Made by a program: the position numbers and the translations under genes
The notes under the pieces: model-generated
Told to the model about the DNA's origin: nothing
The model's database searches: none
What the model saw: the letters and a program-made list of their open reading frames with translations, nothing else
Virus record (IMG/VR): IMGVR_UViG_3300049893_001984
Location: 64,001-128,000 of that record
Length of the DNA stretch: 64,000 bases
Strand: one strand, 5' to 3'
From: a virus
Part shown: piece after piece, positions 46,097 through 54,834 of the stretch
How positions within the stretch are numbered: the stretch's first letter is position 1
How the letters are laid out: the number at the start of each line of letters is the position of its first letter

Positions 46097-46579
46097 TTAC
46101 GGGTATTCATGCGAAGCGCGATTCGCCTCTGCTACTGAGATGTTTTCAGCCACAAACGTGGCTCTTCTTAATTCGTGTTTACCAACGACCCAGGTTTCGG
46201 CTGGTTTGACCACCAGGCTTATGTCTTTGTCCAAGGTTGCTCCGGTGAACCCAAACATCGGGGCAAGTGTGTATACCAAGAAGGGATGTGGGTATCCGCC
46301 CGTCTTGTTTATACACAGTAGATACCTGACCAGGTCGTAGTTTACCTTTGAAACTGTCTTGTTGATCCAAACAAAGGTAAATCTGTAATCCTTCAGCTCG
46401 AGCACGTGGTCTGCCTCTATGCCTCCAGGTGCCCATTTCGCATGTTCAGGGTTCCACCAGCTGCCTGGCAGCTTAGAGCGAGACTTTATCATGTTAATGC
46501 GCCGGATATGATCATCCGTGAACCCGAGTCTTGGTACTGTTTCAAGTGCTCTGACTTCTTCCAGAGTTGCTTCTTCCAA
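46097..46579 (-). CDS. Hypothetical protein
   Basis: AAGGAGG RBS, TTG start. Confidence 0.65.
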   Translation of the reverse strand: MEEATLEEVRALETVPRLGFTDDHIRRINMIKSRSKLPGSWWNPEHAKWAPGGIEADHVLELKDYRFTFVWINKTVSKVNYDLVRYLLCINKTGGYPHPFLVYTLAPMFGFTGATLDKDISLVVKPAETWVVGKHELRRATFVAENISVAEANRASHEYP

Positions 46580-46603
46580 AAGGCACCTCCTTTACCAAGG
46601 GTT

Positions 46604-46633
46604 AAAAAAAAGCCCCCACCATTAGGTGGGGGC
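46604..46633 (-). terminator. Intrinsic terminator
   Basis: GCCCCCACC-UAAU-GGUGGGGGC-UUUUUUUU. Confidence 0.85.
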
Positions 46634-46641
46634 CAAGTCCT

Positions 46642-47271
46642 CTACTGTGAGTACTGACTCACAGCTATTGCGTCGTTAAAACTACCAGTGGCCTTAGCTG
46701 AACACAGAACAGTTCCGACGTCGGCAAGTGCTTTCTTGATTCCGCAGTCGGTCTGAACGTAATTCATTGCATTCCGGGCTCTAAATCCGTACTGGAGTGC
46801 TTGTTTAACGCTTTCAAGGTCAGCTCCCAGGAATATGAACCCCCAGGAGTACACACTTGTCTGGTGTTCGATCCTCCGTTTGATCTCCTCTTTTGTAAAC
46901 CTCTTAGAGGAGTTCTCCTGTCCGTCTGTCATTACTACAAATACCACCTTATTGGGACGCTCAGACTCAGGGATAGACGAGAAGTATGTACCTCGCATAT
47001 CCATGACATCACCAATAGCATCAAGCAGTGACGTTGATCCGCCGTCAGGGATGTAGAGTTCAGGAGTTATCAACCCCACCTCCTGTGCTGGGCGGTTGAC
47101 AAACACAGGCTCAACGTTAGTGGAAAACAGATACAGGTTCATTACTGTGGGGTAAGGATCCTGTTTTTGCTTCATAATGAACGCATTTACACTTTCTATG
47201 GTGCTATTAGCTGTGGCAGCCATAGAAGCCGACTTGTCCAGCACAATGGTGATGTCCATCTGGTCTTTCAT
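46642..47271 (-). CDS. von Willebrand factor A domain protein
   Basis: MIDAS ITIVLDKSASM, GGSTSLLDAIG, VVMTDGQENSS. Confidence 0.9.
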   Translation of the reverse strand: MKDQMDITIVLDKSASMAATANSTIESVNAFIMKQKQDPYPTVMNLYLFSTNVEPVFVNRPAQEVGLITPELYIPDGGSTSLLDAIGDVMDMRGTYFSSIPESERPNKVVFVVMTDGQENSSKRFTKEEIKRRIEHQTSVYSWGFIFLGADLESVKQALQYGFRARNAMNYVQTDCGIKKALADVGTVLCSAKATGSFNDAIAVSQYSQ

Positions 47272-47888
47272 TTTTGATCAGCCCTAGTGTATTTTGAAAG
47301 GAAAGATTTTACGGGCAAAGACTTTGCCCTTACTCTCTCTCCCTCGTCTGTTATCGGTTTGAAGACGACAGAGTACTCCCCTGTTAACACAGTAACAGCT
47401 AGTACATTGACTTTGTTTCGGGGAGCTCTGTTTTCTCGCCATACCTCGCAGGCAGATACGCGTGTATGTTCTTCTTGTTCTTCCTTGTCTGCTTCTTTCT
47501 TATTTGTAAAAAGATCGAGCTTGCGTGGAATCGGGTCAATGTTGTCCCAAACATACTCAACTAAGTCTTTATTGTTAAAGCAGAGTGAGACACTTAATAC
47601 CCTGATCATCGATCTTCCAAACTGTAATGCACTGTGGTCAACAATTAGGCGTGCAATCCCCATTGCGACCTCCATGTCTTCTGAAAAGATATAGCCAGGG
47701 TCAACGTCAAGACTTGAAAGTAGTCTGTCGATGGTTTTCTTATCCAAGTGAAATGCGTACGGTGCGTCTGCGGCATATGTCACTTTGATAACCCTGCTGG
47801 CGTTAATCTTCTCGATCTTTTCTTTGGATCCGTCATTCGCAGCCTTGGCGACAGTAACGGTTCCTGCGTAACTCGTGACAAGTTTCAA
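47268..47888 (-). CDS. Hypothetical protein
   Basis: AAGGAGG RBS, TTG start; overlaps the vWA start. Confidence 0.7.
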   Translation of the reverse strand: MKLVTSYAGTVTVAKAANDGSKEKIEKINASRVIKVTYAADAPYAFHLDKKTIDRLLSSLDVDPGYIFSEDMEVAMGIARLIVDHSALQFGRSMIRVLSVSLCFNNKDLVEYVWDNIDPIPRKLDLFTNKKEADKEEQEEHTRVSACEVWRENRAPRNKVNVLAVTVLTGEYSVVFKPITDEGERVRAKSLPVKSFLSKYTRADQK

Positions 47889-48094
47889 CTATACCTCCTT
47901 TCTAAGTATGTTTAGTGGTGTCCCGTGGATTAACATGGCCGACACCAGGTAGCCTTTCCCACGCCCACGCCCTCATCGGTCGTGGGCTTGTACGGCTCTC
48001 ACGGTTTGCCGCCTGATCTAAGGGGGTCCGTATTCAGTTTTACGCTGAGTAGGGTATCAGCCAATGAAACGGTAGATCAGAATTTTAAGCTGGG

Positions 48095-49582
48095 TTAGCT
48101 CCGGACTTCTTCGCCAGAGTAAGTCAAGGTTTCGCTCTTGTTGACAATTTCACCCTCGACGATGGGTCGGGGGCTTTCATTTGCTGACTTAAGGGCAGAC
48201 GATGCTTCGATGATGCCCTGTCCGACCATGTCGCCAATAGTGCGGCCGATCTGGTTTGCCACCATCGACCACACTATTTCGGGCGATTTTCTCAGGTTTG
48301 ATGGAGCCTGCCCGATCACTCCCTTGGCAGCGATCATAAGATCGTTCTCGTTCAAAGAGAGCTTGTCGCTCTCGTGCTTCATACGACGTATGGCCGAAAG
48401 CTTCGCACGCTCCACAACTTCGCGGATACGCGCTGGGATTGACTGTGCGCTGGTCAACAGCTTGGCCACGTTATCCAGCTGCACAGCGTTGTCGATCAGT
48501 CCACGCCCGTACTTTACCAGCAGGCGCTTTGTGGTTGCTTCGTTTGGAACGTCGAAATGGATGATGGCATCCATACGACCTTCACGAAGCATGGCCGGGT
48601 TGATGTTCTCAACGTGGTTCGTGGTCAGGATGGTCATAAGTTCGACCCCCTTGAGCTCGATACCGTCGATCGTGTTGAGTACGTCGTTCACGTCTCCGTC
48701 TCTGGTCGTACCCACGTACTGGTCGACGTCTTCGGCGAAGACAATCGAAGGGGCGTACTGCTTGGCGAACAGCAGTGCCTCAGCAAGGCCTGTCACCTTG
48801 CTCAAATAAATAAACGTCCACCCGTTTTCGGTGCCCACCTTGGCAACCACGGATCCAAGCAGCGTCTTGCCGGTTCCATACCGGCCAGAAGCAAGGACGC
48901 CTCTTTTCAGAGGAATCCCCAACTTCCGACACATATTGCTGCTGCGCAGGGGGGTCAGCACAGCCGAGTCAACAAGGTCCATCGTGTCCTTGTTCAGCAT
49001 GAGGTCCTCGGCCCGGATCTTCGTGGCGTCCACGAAGGAGGGGACTTCTTTCGTCGGATCAAATGAGTCTGGATCTGCCCCGTCGAAGTCCACCTTGATA
49101 GCCTTACCTTTGTAAAGAGACTCCTCCAAAAGGATCTTTCGGATGAGTGTGGAGATTTTCAGGACTTCGTCCTGGAACTTGCGCTGAACTTGGCCGCACA
49201 GTGAGAACACCCACCGGCCCTTGTCGAACACGGCCCCAGCGGAAAGCCAGCCGCCTTCGAACTTGGCCACCTCAAGCCGCCCCCACGGAACGGAGATAAC
49301 CTTGCCCAGGTGGTCCACTGGCACCTGGAGCATGTGCGGTGGGCGATTTCCGAAGAACGAGGGGGTAGGCACCATGTCCACCCAGCGGTAGATGGTGGAC
49401 AAGGCCTTATGGAGAGCGTATGCACCCTCAATGGGGAAGCACTCCATTTTCTCGTTTATGTCGATGATTCTGGCCTGATCCTCATCGTGCCGCTTGATAG
49501 CGCGTATAGCATCAGCCGAAGACATCCCTTCGGGAAGTATGATTTGATCCCCCTGACGCTTGACCTGGTGTTCGTCGGACAT
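48095..49582 (-). CDS. Classical-clade AAA+ ATPase (FtsH/PAN/Cdc48-like ATPase module) with a long N-terminal domain
   Basis: Walker A GRYGTGKT, Walker B IVFAEDVD, SRH TTNH...INPAMLREGRMD. Confidence 0.9.
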   Translation of the reverse strand: MSDEHQVKRQGDQIILPEGMSSADAIRAIKRHDEDQARIIDINEKMECFPIEGAYALHKALSTIYRWVDMVPTPSFFGNRPPHMLQVPVDHLGKVISVPWGRLEVAKFEGGWLSAGAVFDKGRWVFSLCGQVQRKFQDEVLKISTLIRKILLEESLYKGKAIKVDFDGADPDSFDPTKEVPSFVDATKIRAEDLMLNKDTMDLVDSAVLTPLRSSNMCRKLGIPLKRGVLASGRYGTGKTLLGSVVAKVGTENGWTFIYLSKVTGLAEALLFAKQYAPSIVFAEDVDQYVGTTRDGDVNDVLNTIDGIELKGVELMTILTTNHVENINPAMLREGRMDAIIHFDVPNEATTKRLLVKYGRGLIDNAVQLDNVAKLLTSAQSIPARIREVVERAKLSAIRRMKHESDKLSLNENDLMIAAKGVIGQAPSNLRKSPEIVWSMVANQIGRTIGDMVGQGIIEASSALKSANESPRPIVEGEIVNKSETLTYSGEEVRS

Positions 49583-49664
49583 TCTTTTTCTCCTTTTCAG
49601 TTATCCACACTTTTCACGCTGTTACACACTATTCGCAGGTTGCCACTACCTCCTTTCAGGCAAC

Positions 49665-49692
49665 AAAAAACCCCGCCACAAGGCGGGGTTTT
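49665..49692 (-). terminator. Intrinsic terminator after the metacaspase
   Basis: aaaaccccgcc-aca-aggcggggtttt. Confidence 0.85.
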
Positions 49693-49713
49693 AACAAGAT
49701 TGGTACTGACTAA

Positions 49714-50532
49714 CTAAGCAAGGAACGGTTTATTAATCAGGGAGCCTTCTGCTTGCGGTACCTGATCAAAGCCGTCACGTGCCAAAGATGTTGCAGTTTC
49801 AGCCACTACGTCTGCCACGGAGGTGTTTACTGGAAGTCTGCGCAACGCATCCAGCAGGTAGTAGGTTAGTGCTCCGTTAGGCCGATTGTTAAAGTAGGCA
49901 TCAGCACTTGTCTGATCTGACCGACACCCTGAGATGAAAGCACATTCCAGTTTGTTGGTTACGAAATCCTTCAGGTCGTTGCTTTTGACAATGGAAAGCT
50001 CGGACAACTTTTCATGGTCAAAGCCAATCTCCATAGGAATGTTCGGGTACGCTCGCGGCTTAACCTTATACTTTACAGCATGCGGATTAATGTCACGAGT
50101 CATTCCTCCTGAGTGGCAACTATCCGAAACCCAGAACAGCCGAACGCCGGGTGCAAACTGCTTAAACAGTTCTATAAGCTGCTTGTCCCGGATCATGTGT
50201 TCATCTGACCAGTCGAAGTCGACAGGGCAGATGACTTCATCCAGACCATCGGGCTCCAGATCGGGCGTGTAGGTCGGAGCGGGGGCACCGTGACCAGAGT
50301 ACCAGAACAGAACTACGTCTCCGCCTTTGGCCTTGCGCACCATACGCGGAAGACGTTCGTTAAGAATGTTCCGTGTAGTGGCCTTACTATCAGTGAGTGT
50401 AGCAAAATCCCAAGAGCTCCACCCTCTGTTTCTCTGTGCCCAGGATCGGGCATCAGCAATATCGTTCTTACAGCCAGACAAGGGAGCCCCAGGATAGGCG
50501 TTAATCCCTGTCAACGTTCCGTAATGGGCCAT
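49714..50532 (-). CDS. Metacaspase (peptidase C14 caspase family)
   Basis: GINAYPGAPLSGCKND, catalytic His in YSGHG, DGLDEVICPVD, catalytic Cys in DSCHSG, SGCRSDQTSAD, GALTYYL, QVPQ. Confidence 0.92.
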   Translation of the reverse strand: MAHYGTLTGINAYPGAPLSGCKNDIADARSWAQRNRGWSSWDFATLTDSKATTRNILNERLPRMVRKAKGGDVVLFWYSGHGAPAPTYTPDLEPDGLDEVICPVDFDWSDEHMIRDKQLIELFKQFAPGVRLFWVSDSCHSGGMTRDINPHAVKYKVKPRAYPNIPMEIGFDHEKLSELSIVKSNDLKDFVTNKLECAFISGCRSDQTSADAYFNNRPNGALTYYLLDALRRLPVNTSVADVVAETATSLARDGFDQVPQAEGSLINKPFLA

Positions 50533-50607
50533 CTCTATCTCCTCGAGGTTTAACCTCCACCTTCACCCCCGAAGAGTACGTCTGGTCCTTTTTATTTCAA
50601 ATGCATT

Positions 50608-52176
50608 TTACAGAATATGGCCCGTTCCGATTATTGACATAGAGATAAGCCTACCGGGAGCGAACCCCCTGTCCTCCAGTTCCTTTCTTGTTTCCTTTAC
50701 CTTGTTTGTCATATCGTCCTCATTGGCAACCTGTCTAACAACCACCAAGTTTTCCTTCTTTCCCGTGTGGTTGTTGTTTATCTGCGCTTCATACGTAAAC
50801 AGGACCAAGGTGTTGCCGGTTTCGTCCACAGGACCGTATGCGCCTATGTTGGGCGTAGACTTACGCTTAACAGCTTTTATGTTCTGATGCTTTTCATACT
50901 CAGAGTCCACAGGCTTATGTACAGACAAACCGAACGGACATCCTCGGTTTATGCACGGACTATCGTACGCAAGTTGGAACTTGCCTTCGATCGGGTTTAA
51001 AAACCCAGGATCCGTTCCACGGATGGAGGGTAGTGCTTCTTTTACAGCTCCGTTTCCTGGTGTGCAGATATCTCCAACATCTGTCCTTAGCCAGTTGGAG
51101 CGGGTTATTATTTCTCCGTGCTCCTCAAGCAAATACAGCTCTCCGCCGTAACCATGGAATATGTTATTGTGCACAGACCCAAACCCTTTGTAATGGGGGT
51201 TGATTGAAAGCAAGACCGTGCGGTTAGTGTTCATGGCAATAAAAGTATTGTTGTCTATGTACAGATTCTGTGCCCTGATCGTGTCCTCTTCGTCAAAATC
51301 TGAAGAGACTTTGATCATTGTGTTACTTAGCCTTTGTATCTGATGGGCTATAACGATATTTCCGTAAATGCCGTCAACATGGTACTTTACGCCTTTGAAT
51401 TCTGGACTTACAGCCGCGAGCTCAATTTGAGGGTCGCCGCCCTCGATCCAGTTGTAGCGCAAGGTCATGTTTGCCGACCTGTCCTGGATGTTGCTACCAC
51501 GTGCGTTTTCAATCAATGGTCCGTACCAATTTCCTTCGTACAACATGCCATCTACTTCGCATTGGCTGTTGTTCTGGTCGGATTCCTCTGCGACTCCATT
51601 GTTGTAGAAGCGGCAGTTCTTTATGGACATCTCCGATACTCTGTTCCACGTGACAAGCCCGTTTGCATTATTTGCAAATACGCAGCGTGACACATGGATG
51701 TTGTTGCCGGTTACAACGAACAACCCAGCGGCTTGTAAACTGTAGTTTCCAGGGTTGCTGTTGTTATCCAGAAACGTGTTGGTCGGGTGCGCCCCAGAGA
51801 ACTTTATGTTACGGATGTGGATATGCTGCGGTTGTTCTCCGCCGTTGAGTAAAGCTGACAGATTGCCAACCTGCACTATTGACTGTTCCTGCCACTCTAC
51901 TTCCGTACAAGCCACGGCGCCGTCTCCAAACAGCACCGGCATCTCCCCTTTCTCGGAGAGCACGCCCTCTATTACAATGGGCTTATCTGCGCTCCCTACC
52001 CCATACACATTGAACTTACAGTGGTAAGCGCCAGGTTCCAAGCGCACTACATCACCGGCCTGTAGGTTACTCCAAGGAACGCCCCCTATGGTTTGGGGTG
52101 AGACTTTATACTCAGTTGACACTGTACCCTCCATCCTGTCTTTCACCTGATTTCTTGCCCAGGTGCTCTTTCTCAA
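50608..52176 (-). CDS. Right-handed parallel beta-helix (pectate-lyase-like) protein
   Basis: AGDVVRLEPGAY, repeated IxNCxFxNN rungs, IDNNTF, VHNNIF, SPCINRG...NIGAYG closing motif. Confidence 0.8.
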   Translation of the reverse strand: MRKSTWARNQVKDRMEGTVSTEYKVSPQTIGGVPWSNLQAGDVVRLEPGAYHCKFNVYGVGSADKPIVIEGVLSEKGEMPVLFGDGAVACTEVEWQEQSIVQVGNLSALLNGGEQPQHIHIRNIKFSGAHPTNTFLDNNSNPGNYSLQAAGLFVVTGNNIHVSRCVFANNANGLVTWNRVSEMSIKNCRFYNNGVAEESDQNNSQCEVDGMLYEGNWYGPLIENARGSNIQDRSANMTLRYNWIEGGDPQIELAAVSPEFKGVKYHVDGIYGNIVIAHQIQRLSNTMIKVSSDFDEEDTIRAQNLYIDNNTFIAMNTNRTVLLSINPHYKGFGSVHNNIFHGYGGELYLLEEHGEIITRSNWLRTDVGDICTPGNGAVKEALPSIRGTDPGFLNPIEGKFQLAYDSPCINRGCPFGLSVHKPVDSEYEKHQNIKAVKRKSTPNIGAYGPVDETGNTLVLFTYEAQINNNHTGKKENLVVVRQVANEDDMTNKVKETRKELEDRGFAPGRLISMSIIGTGHIL

Positions 52177-52816
52177 TCTGCTTAACCATTACCTCCAGGA
52201 GCTTAAGCTTCCCTGGGTTAATAATAAGTTCAAAGTCGTTCTTACTAATAATGCTATGGTCTGCGTTTACCTGCTTCAGTATGTTGGTTGCTGCGAAGGC
52301 CTTGACTAGATAGTAAAACGGAAAGTCTGAATTGGCGCTTGTCTCAACCATTTTGACACTTAAGGGCTTAACCAGTTCAGTTTCTTCCTTTCCAGTGCAA
52401 AGGTCCATAATGATTACACTACGTGCTACCTCTTTCAAAAAGCATACATCCATGACGAGCTTCTTTTCGTTGTTGTTGTTAACGCCAAGATGATACTTTG
52501 TTTTGTTGTTGTTATCGGTGCTAACAAGAGCTTCGGTTAAAAAGCAGAACGAGCTTGGGTAAACACTTGTCCTTGCCCCAATATTGTATCCTATCTCCGC
52601 CATTTCAACCTTCTGTTGCTCTTCTGTCATACTTTTAAAATTGTGCAATGATATTCCTGTCACACCTATGTGTTCACCTCCTTCATCCAGGGCTAAAGGA
52701 TACATAACCGTGGGCATAAGTCTTTTCCCGTCAGACTCTTCGATGAGCCTTGTCATGCTTTCCTTGAACACGTACATGTCTGCCACCATTGACGCCGAGA
52801 GTGGTGCATTAAGCAT
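52112..52816 (-). CDS. Hypothetical protein
   Basis: 234 aa. Confidence 0.65.
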   Translation of the reverse strand: MLNAPLSASMVADMYVFKESMTRLIEESDGKRLMPTVMYPLALDEGGEHIGVTGISLHNFKSMTEEQQKVEMAEIGYNIGARTSVYPSSFCFLTEALVSTDNNNKTKYHLGVNNNNEKKLVMDVCFLKEVARSVIIMDLCTGKEETELVKPLSVKMVETSANSDFPFYYLVKAFAATNILKQVNADHSIISKNDFELIINPGKLKLLEVMVKQIEKEHLGKKSGERQDGGYSVN

Positions 52817-52828
52817 TATTGGCCCCCT

Positions 52829-52865
52829 AAAAAGACAGGCGCCCCGCTGTTAACAGGGCGCCTGT
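52829..52865 (-). terminator. Intrinsic terminator
   Basis: acaggcgccc/gggcgcctgt stem with UCUUUU on the minus strand. Confidence 0.7.
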
Positions 52866-52869
52866 GACT

Positions 52870-53019
52870 TTACTTCTTCTTTGCCTTTCGCCACCTTTTC
52901 ACTTTTGTAATCGCCTTATCAGCGACTGCAGTCGTGGCTTCGACTGCAACTCTCGTTGCGGCATCACGAAGAGCAATTACTAAAGCTCCGACAACCGCCT
53001 TTCCAGCGGCTTTCCACAC
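52870..53019 (-). CDS. Putative 49-aa cationic amphipathic peptide (not in the track)
   Basis: GTG start: MWKAAGKAVVGALVIALRDAATRVAVEATTAVADKAITKVKRWRKAKKK; fills the gap up to the terminator. Confidence 0.5.
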   Translation of the reverse strand: MWKAAGKAVVGALVIALRDAATRVAVEATTAVADKAITKVKRWRKAKKK

Positions 53020-53403
53020 CTACCGCTGCTCGACTGGTAACTGTGGGCGGCGGGTTGCCCGGTACACAGTCAACCCTTCGAACTGATTGAAGTGTTGGGC
53101 AAACTTAGTCCACTCGTTGACATCGGTGGTCAACGCCCGATGCCGCAGTGCTGAAGCGTTGACCTTCATTATCTTTCGGTCCTCACCTTCACCGTCTTCC
53201 AACCCGAGGAAGTCGTGACGGGAAGGCATGGTTGTAACGACCAAGGAATCAATCACCTTGACCGCTGTATTTGCCTGCGACATGTCCTTACATTGTAAGG
53301 CTTCACGCAAGACGATTGTCGCCTCGTCGTCCTGCTTGACGTCGAAGTCTTTGAAGTAATCATCGAACTGTGGTTTGTTCATCTGGCTCTCCTCTTTTGA
53401 CAA
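53020..53403 (-). CDS. Hypothetical protein
   Basis: GAGGAG RBS before MNKP. Confidence 0.65.
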   Translation of the reverse strand: MSKEESQMNKPQFDDYFKDFDVKQDDEATIVLREALQCKDMSQANTAVKVIDSLVVTTMPSRHDFLGLEDGEGEDRKIMKVNASALRHRALTTDVNEWTKFAQHFNQFEGLTVYRATRRPQLPVEQR

Positions 53404-53470
53404 CTGAATTCACGCGAATCCAGAGTTTAACACGGCGTAGCCACACGGGCTACTTACAAGACTTCGGTGT

Positions 53471-53728
53471 TCACCTGAGTACGTGGGTCTCTGAATGGAA
53501 CGAGACGCGGGTTGTGACGATTCCGTTTTGCTTCTGTAGGTATTCGTCATAAGCCGCTGGGGAGAACCCAGGTGCGTATATCCACTGATTAGGACTGACG
53601 AATATTCGGCCCCACTTATCGTGCAGGGGGGCCTCTGGTGTGACTTCTGGTTTGACTTCGCGCTTACCATCCTCCGCGTAGCAGAAGCTGCCTACAAGAA
53701 GTAGTGCGCTTAATCCAACAATCCGCAT
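53471..53728 (-). CDS. Small secreted hypothetical protein
   Basis: GAGGAGG RBS; signal peptide MRIVGLSALLLVGSFCYA. Confidence 0.6.
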   Translation of the reverse strand: MRIVGLSALLLVGSFCYAEDGKREVKPEVTPEAPLHDKWGRIFVSPNQWIYAPGFSPAAYDEYLQKQNGIVTTRVSFHSETHVLR

Positions 53729-53740
53729 TCTTCCTCCTCA

Positions 53741-54052
53741 TCACGAACCAAGTTCCTTCTCCACTCTGTTTTGCAAATCCACGAGACACTTTACAGCTGC
53801 GTTAATCATGACGGGTATCTTATCCTCTGTGCTGCATACCCGTATCTTAACGCTATTGTAAGACTTTTTGTTCTCTAGATAAGCAAAAACATTGACTTTA
53901 CCTTGCAAACGAACATCACCACTTTCAACATTCTTGCTAACGCTTACCATGACATTCCTGTCGCCCGGAAGCTTGACTTTGAAAAATGCGTCAGATCCAG
54001 TCTTCCTGTGCTCTTCCGGGTCCAGCCTTTCAATCTCATACGTCATGTTCAC
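53741..54052 (-). CDS. Hypothetical protein
   Basis: 103 aa, GGAG RBS. Confidence 0.6.
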   Translation of the reverse strand: MNMTYEIERLDPEEHRKTGSDAFFKVKLPGDRNVMVSVSKNVESGDVRLQGKVNVFAYLENKKSYNSVKIRVCSTEDKIPVMINAAVKCLVDLQNRVEKELGS

Positions 54053-54470
54053 TCCCCAAAAGCTGAACTACCCAGGCTACGCTTTCTTCTGGGTCAGCTT
54101 CGTATCGCCAACTCCTTCCTGGGTAGTAAGTTAGGTTATCACATTCAACTCCTCCCTCAAACCCCAACAAGCTTGCTAGTGTGAAAACAATTGTTGGGTT
54201 TGGAACCTTCCCAGGTACAGGCGTTCTAACTGTTATGCATCTAAACAGTTCGCCGGGGTATCCCTTTTTAATGTAGTAAGATACTCTGTACCCATTTATA
54301 TGAAGAGCGTACTCTTCACATTCATCGGGAGAGAACCTAGAAACATAGGGGTCGTATAGGGCGGCTGGGTCATTTGCAAACCTAGCTAGATTTTCCAGCG
54401 CCTGTCTAGCCCCCTTGTCTATTATCAGGTTTGTTGACATGCGAAGCCTTTTGTATGTACCTATCTCCAT
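54036..54470 (-). CDS. Hypothetical protein
   Basis: 144 aa in the operon. Confidence 0.6.
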   Translation of the reverse strand: MEIGTYKRLRMSTNLIIDKGARQALENLARFANDPAALYDPYVSRFSPDECEEYALHINGYRVSYYIKKGYPGELFRCITVRTPVPGKVPNPTIVFTLASLLGFEGGVECDNLTYYPGRSWRYEADPEESVAWVVQLLGSEHDV

Positions 54471-54834
54471 TTTCCTCTGTTAACTTATATATTTCCCCTG
54501 ACCTGACATGAAGAAGAAGCCCATCGCCTTCGTCTTGCCACCGCCATCCTAGATATTGGTTTATTACGATGTTACGCCCTTCCTTCATTTGGCCAGTGTC
54601 TAGAACGTAAAACTCAACAACCTTTACCTTGGCACCAGATCCGAGCTCATGGTTAGGGTAAGAATACATACGCGGCGGTGGGTGTTTCAACGGCTCGTTG
54701 CCTAGCAGCATCCACCGTAGCAAGGCCGAGTGTGTGATGTCTGCGGCTGTCGGTTCTCTGCCTGTCTCTTTTGTAAAAATTATTTTCCAGGCTGAGAACG
54801 TGTGGATGGCAAAAACGAGGTCTTCATTATTCAT
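54406..54834 (-). CDS. Hypothetical protein
   Basis: 142 aa, coupled to the upstream gene. Confidence 0.6.
   Translation of the reverse strand: MNNEDLVFAIHTFSAWKIIFTKETGREPTAADITHSALLRWMLLGNEPLKHPPPRMYSYPNHELGSGAKVKVVEFYVLDTGQMKEGRNIVINQYLGWRWQDEGDGLLLHVRSGEIYKLTEENGDRYIQKASHVNKPDNRQGG

Noticed and set aside
47975-48012. Group II intron domain V, hammerhead or c-di-GMP riboswitch look-alikes (GAGCCGUAC, CCGAUGAG...GAAA, GGCAAACC)
   Set aside because: In each case the required flanking helices and conserved core are missing.
49601-49609. Perfect DnaA boxes (TTATCCACA at 49601, 63668 and reverse at 42881) as an origin
   Set aside because: They are isolated, two lie inside coding sequence, and there is no cluster or AT-rich unwinding element.
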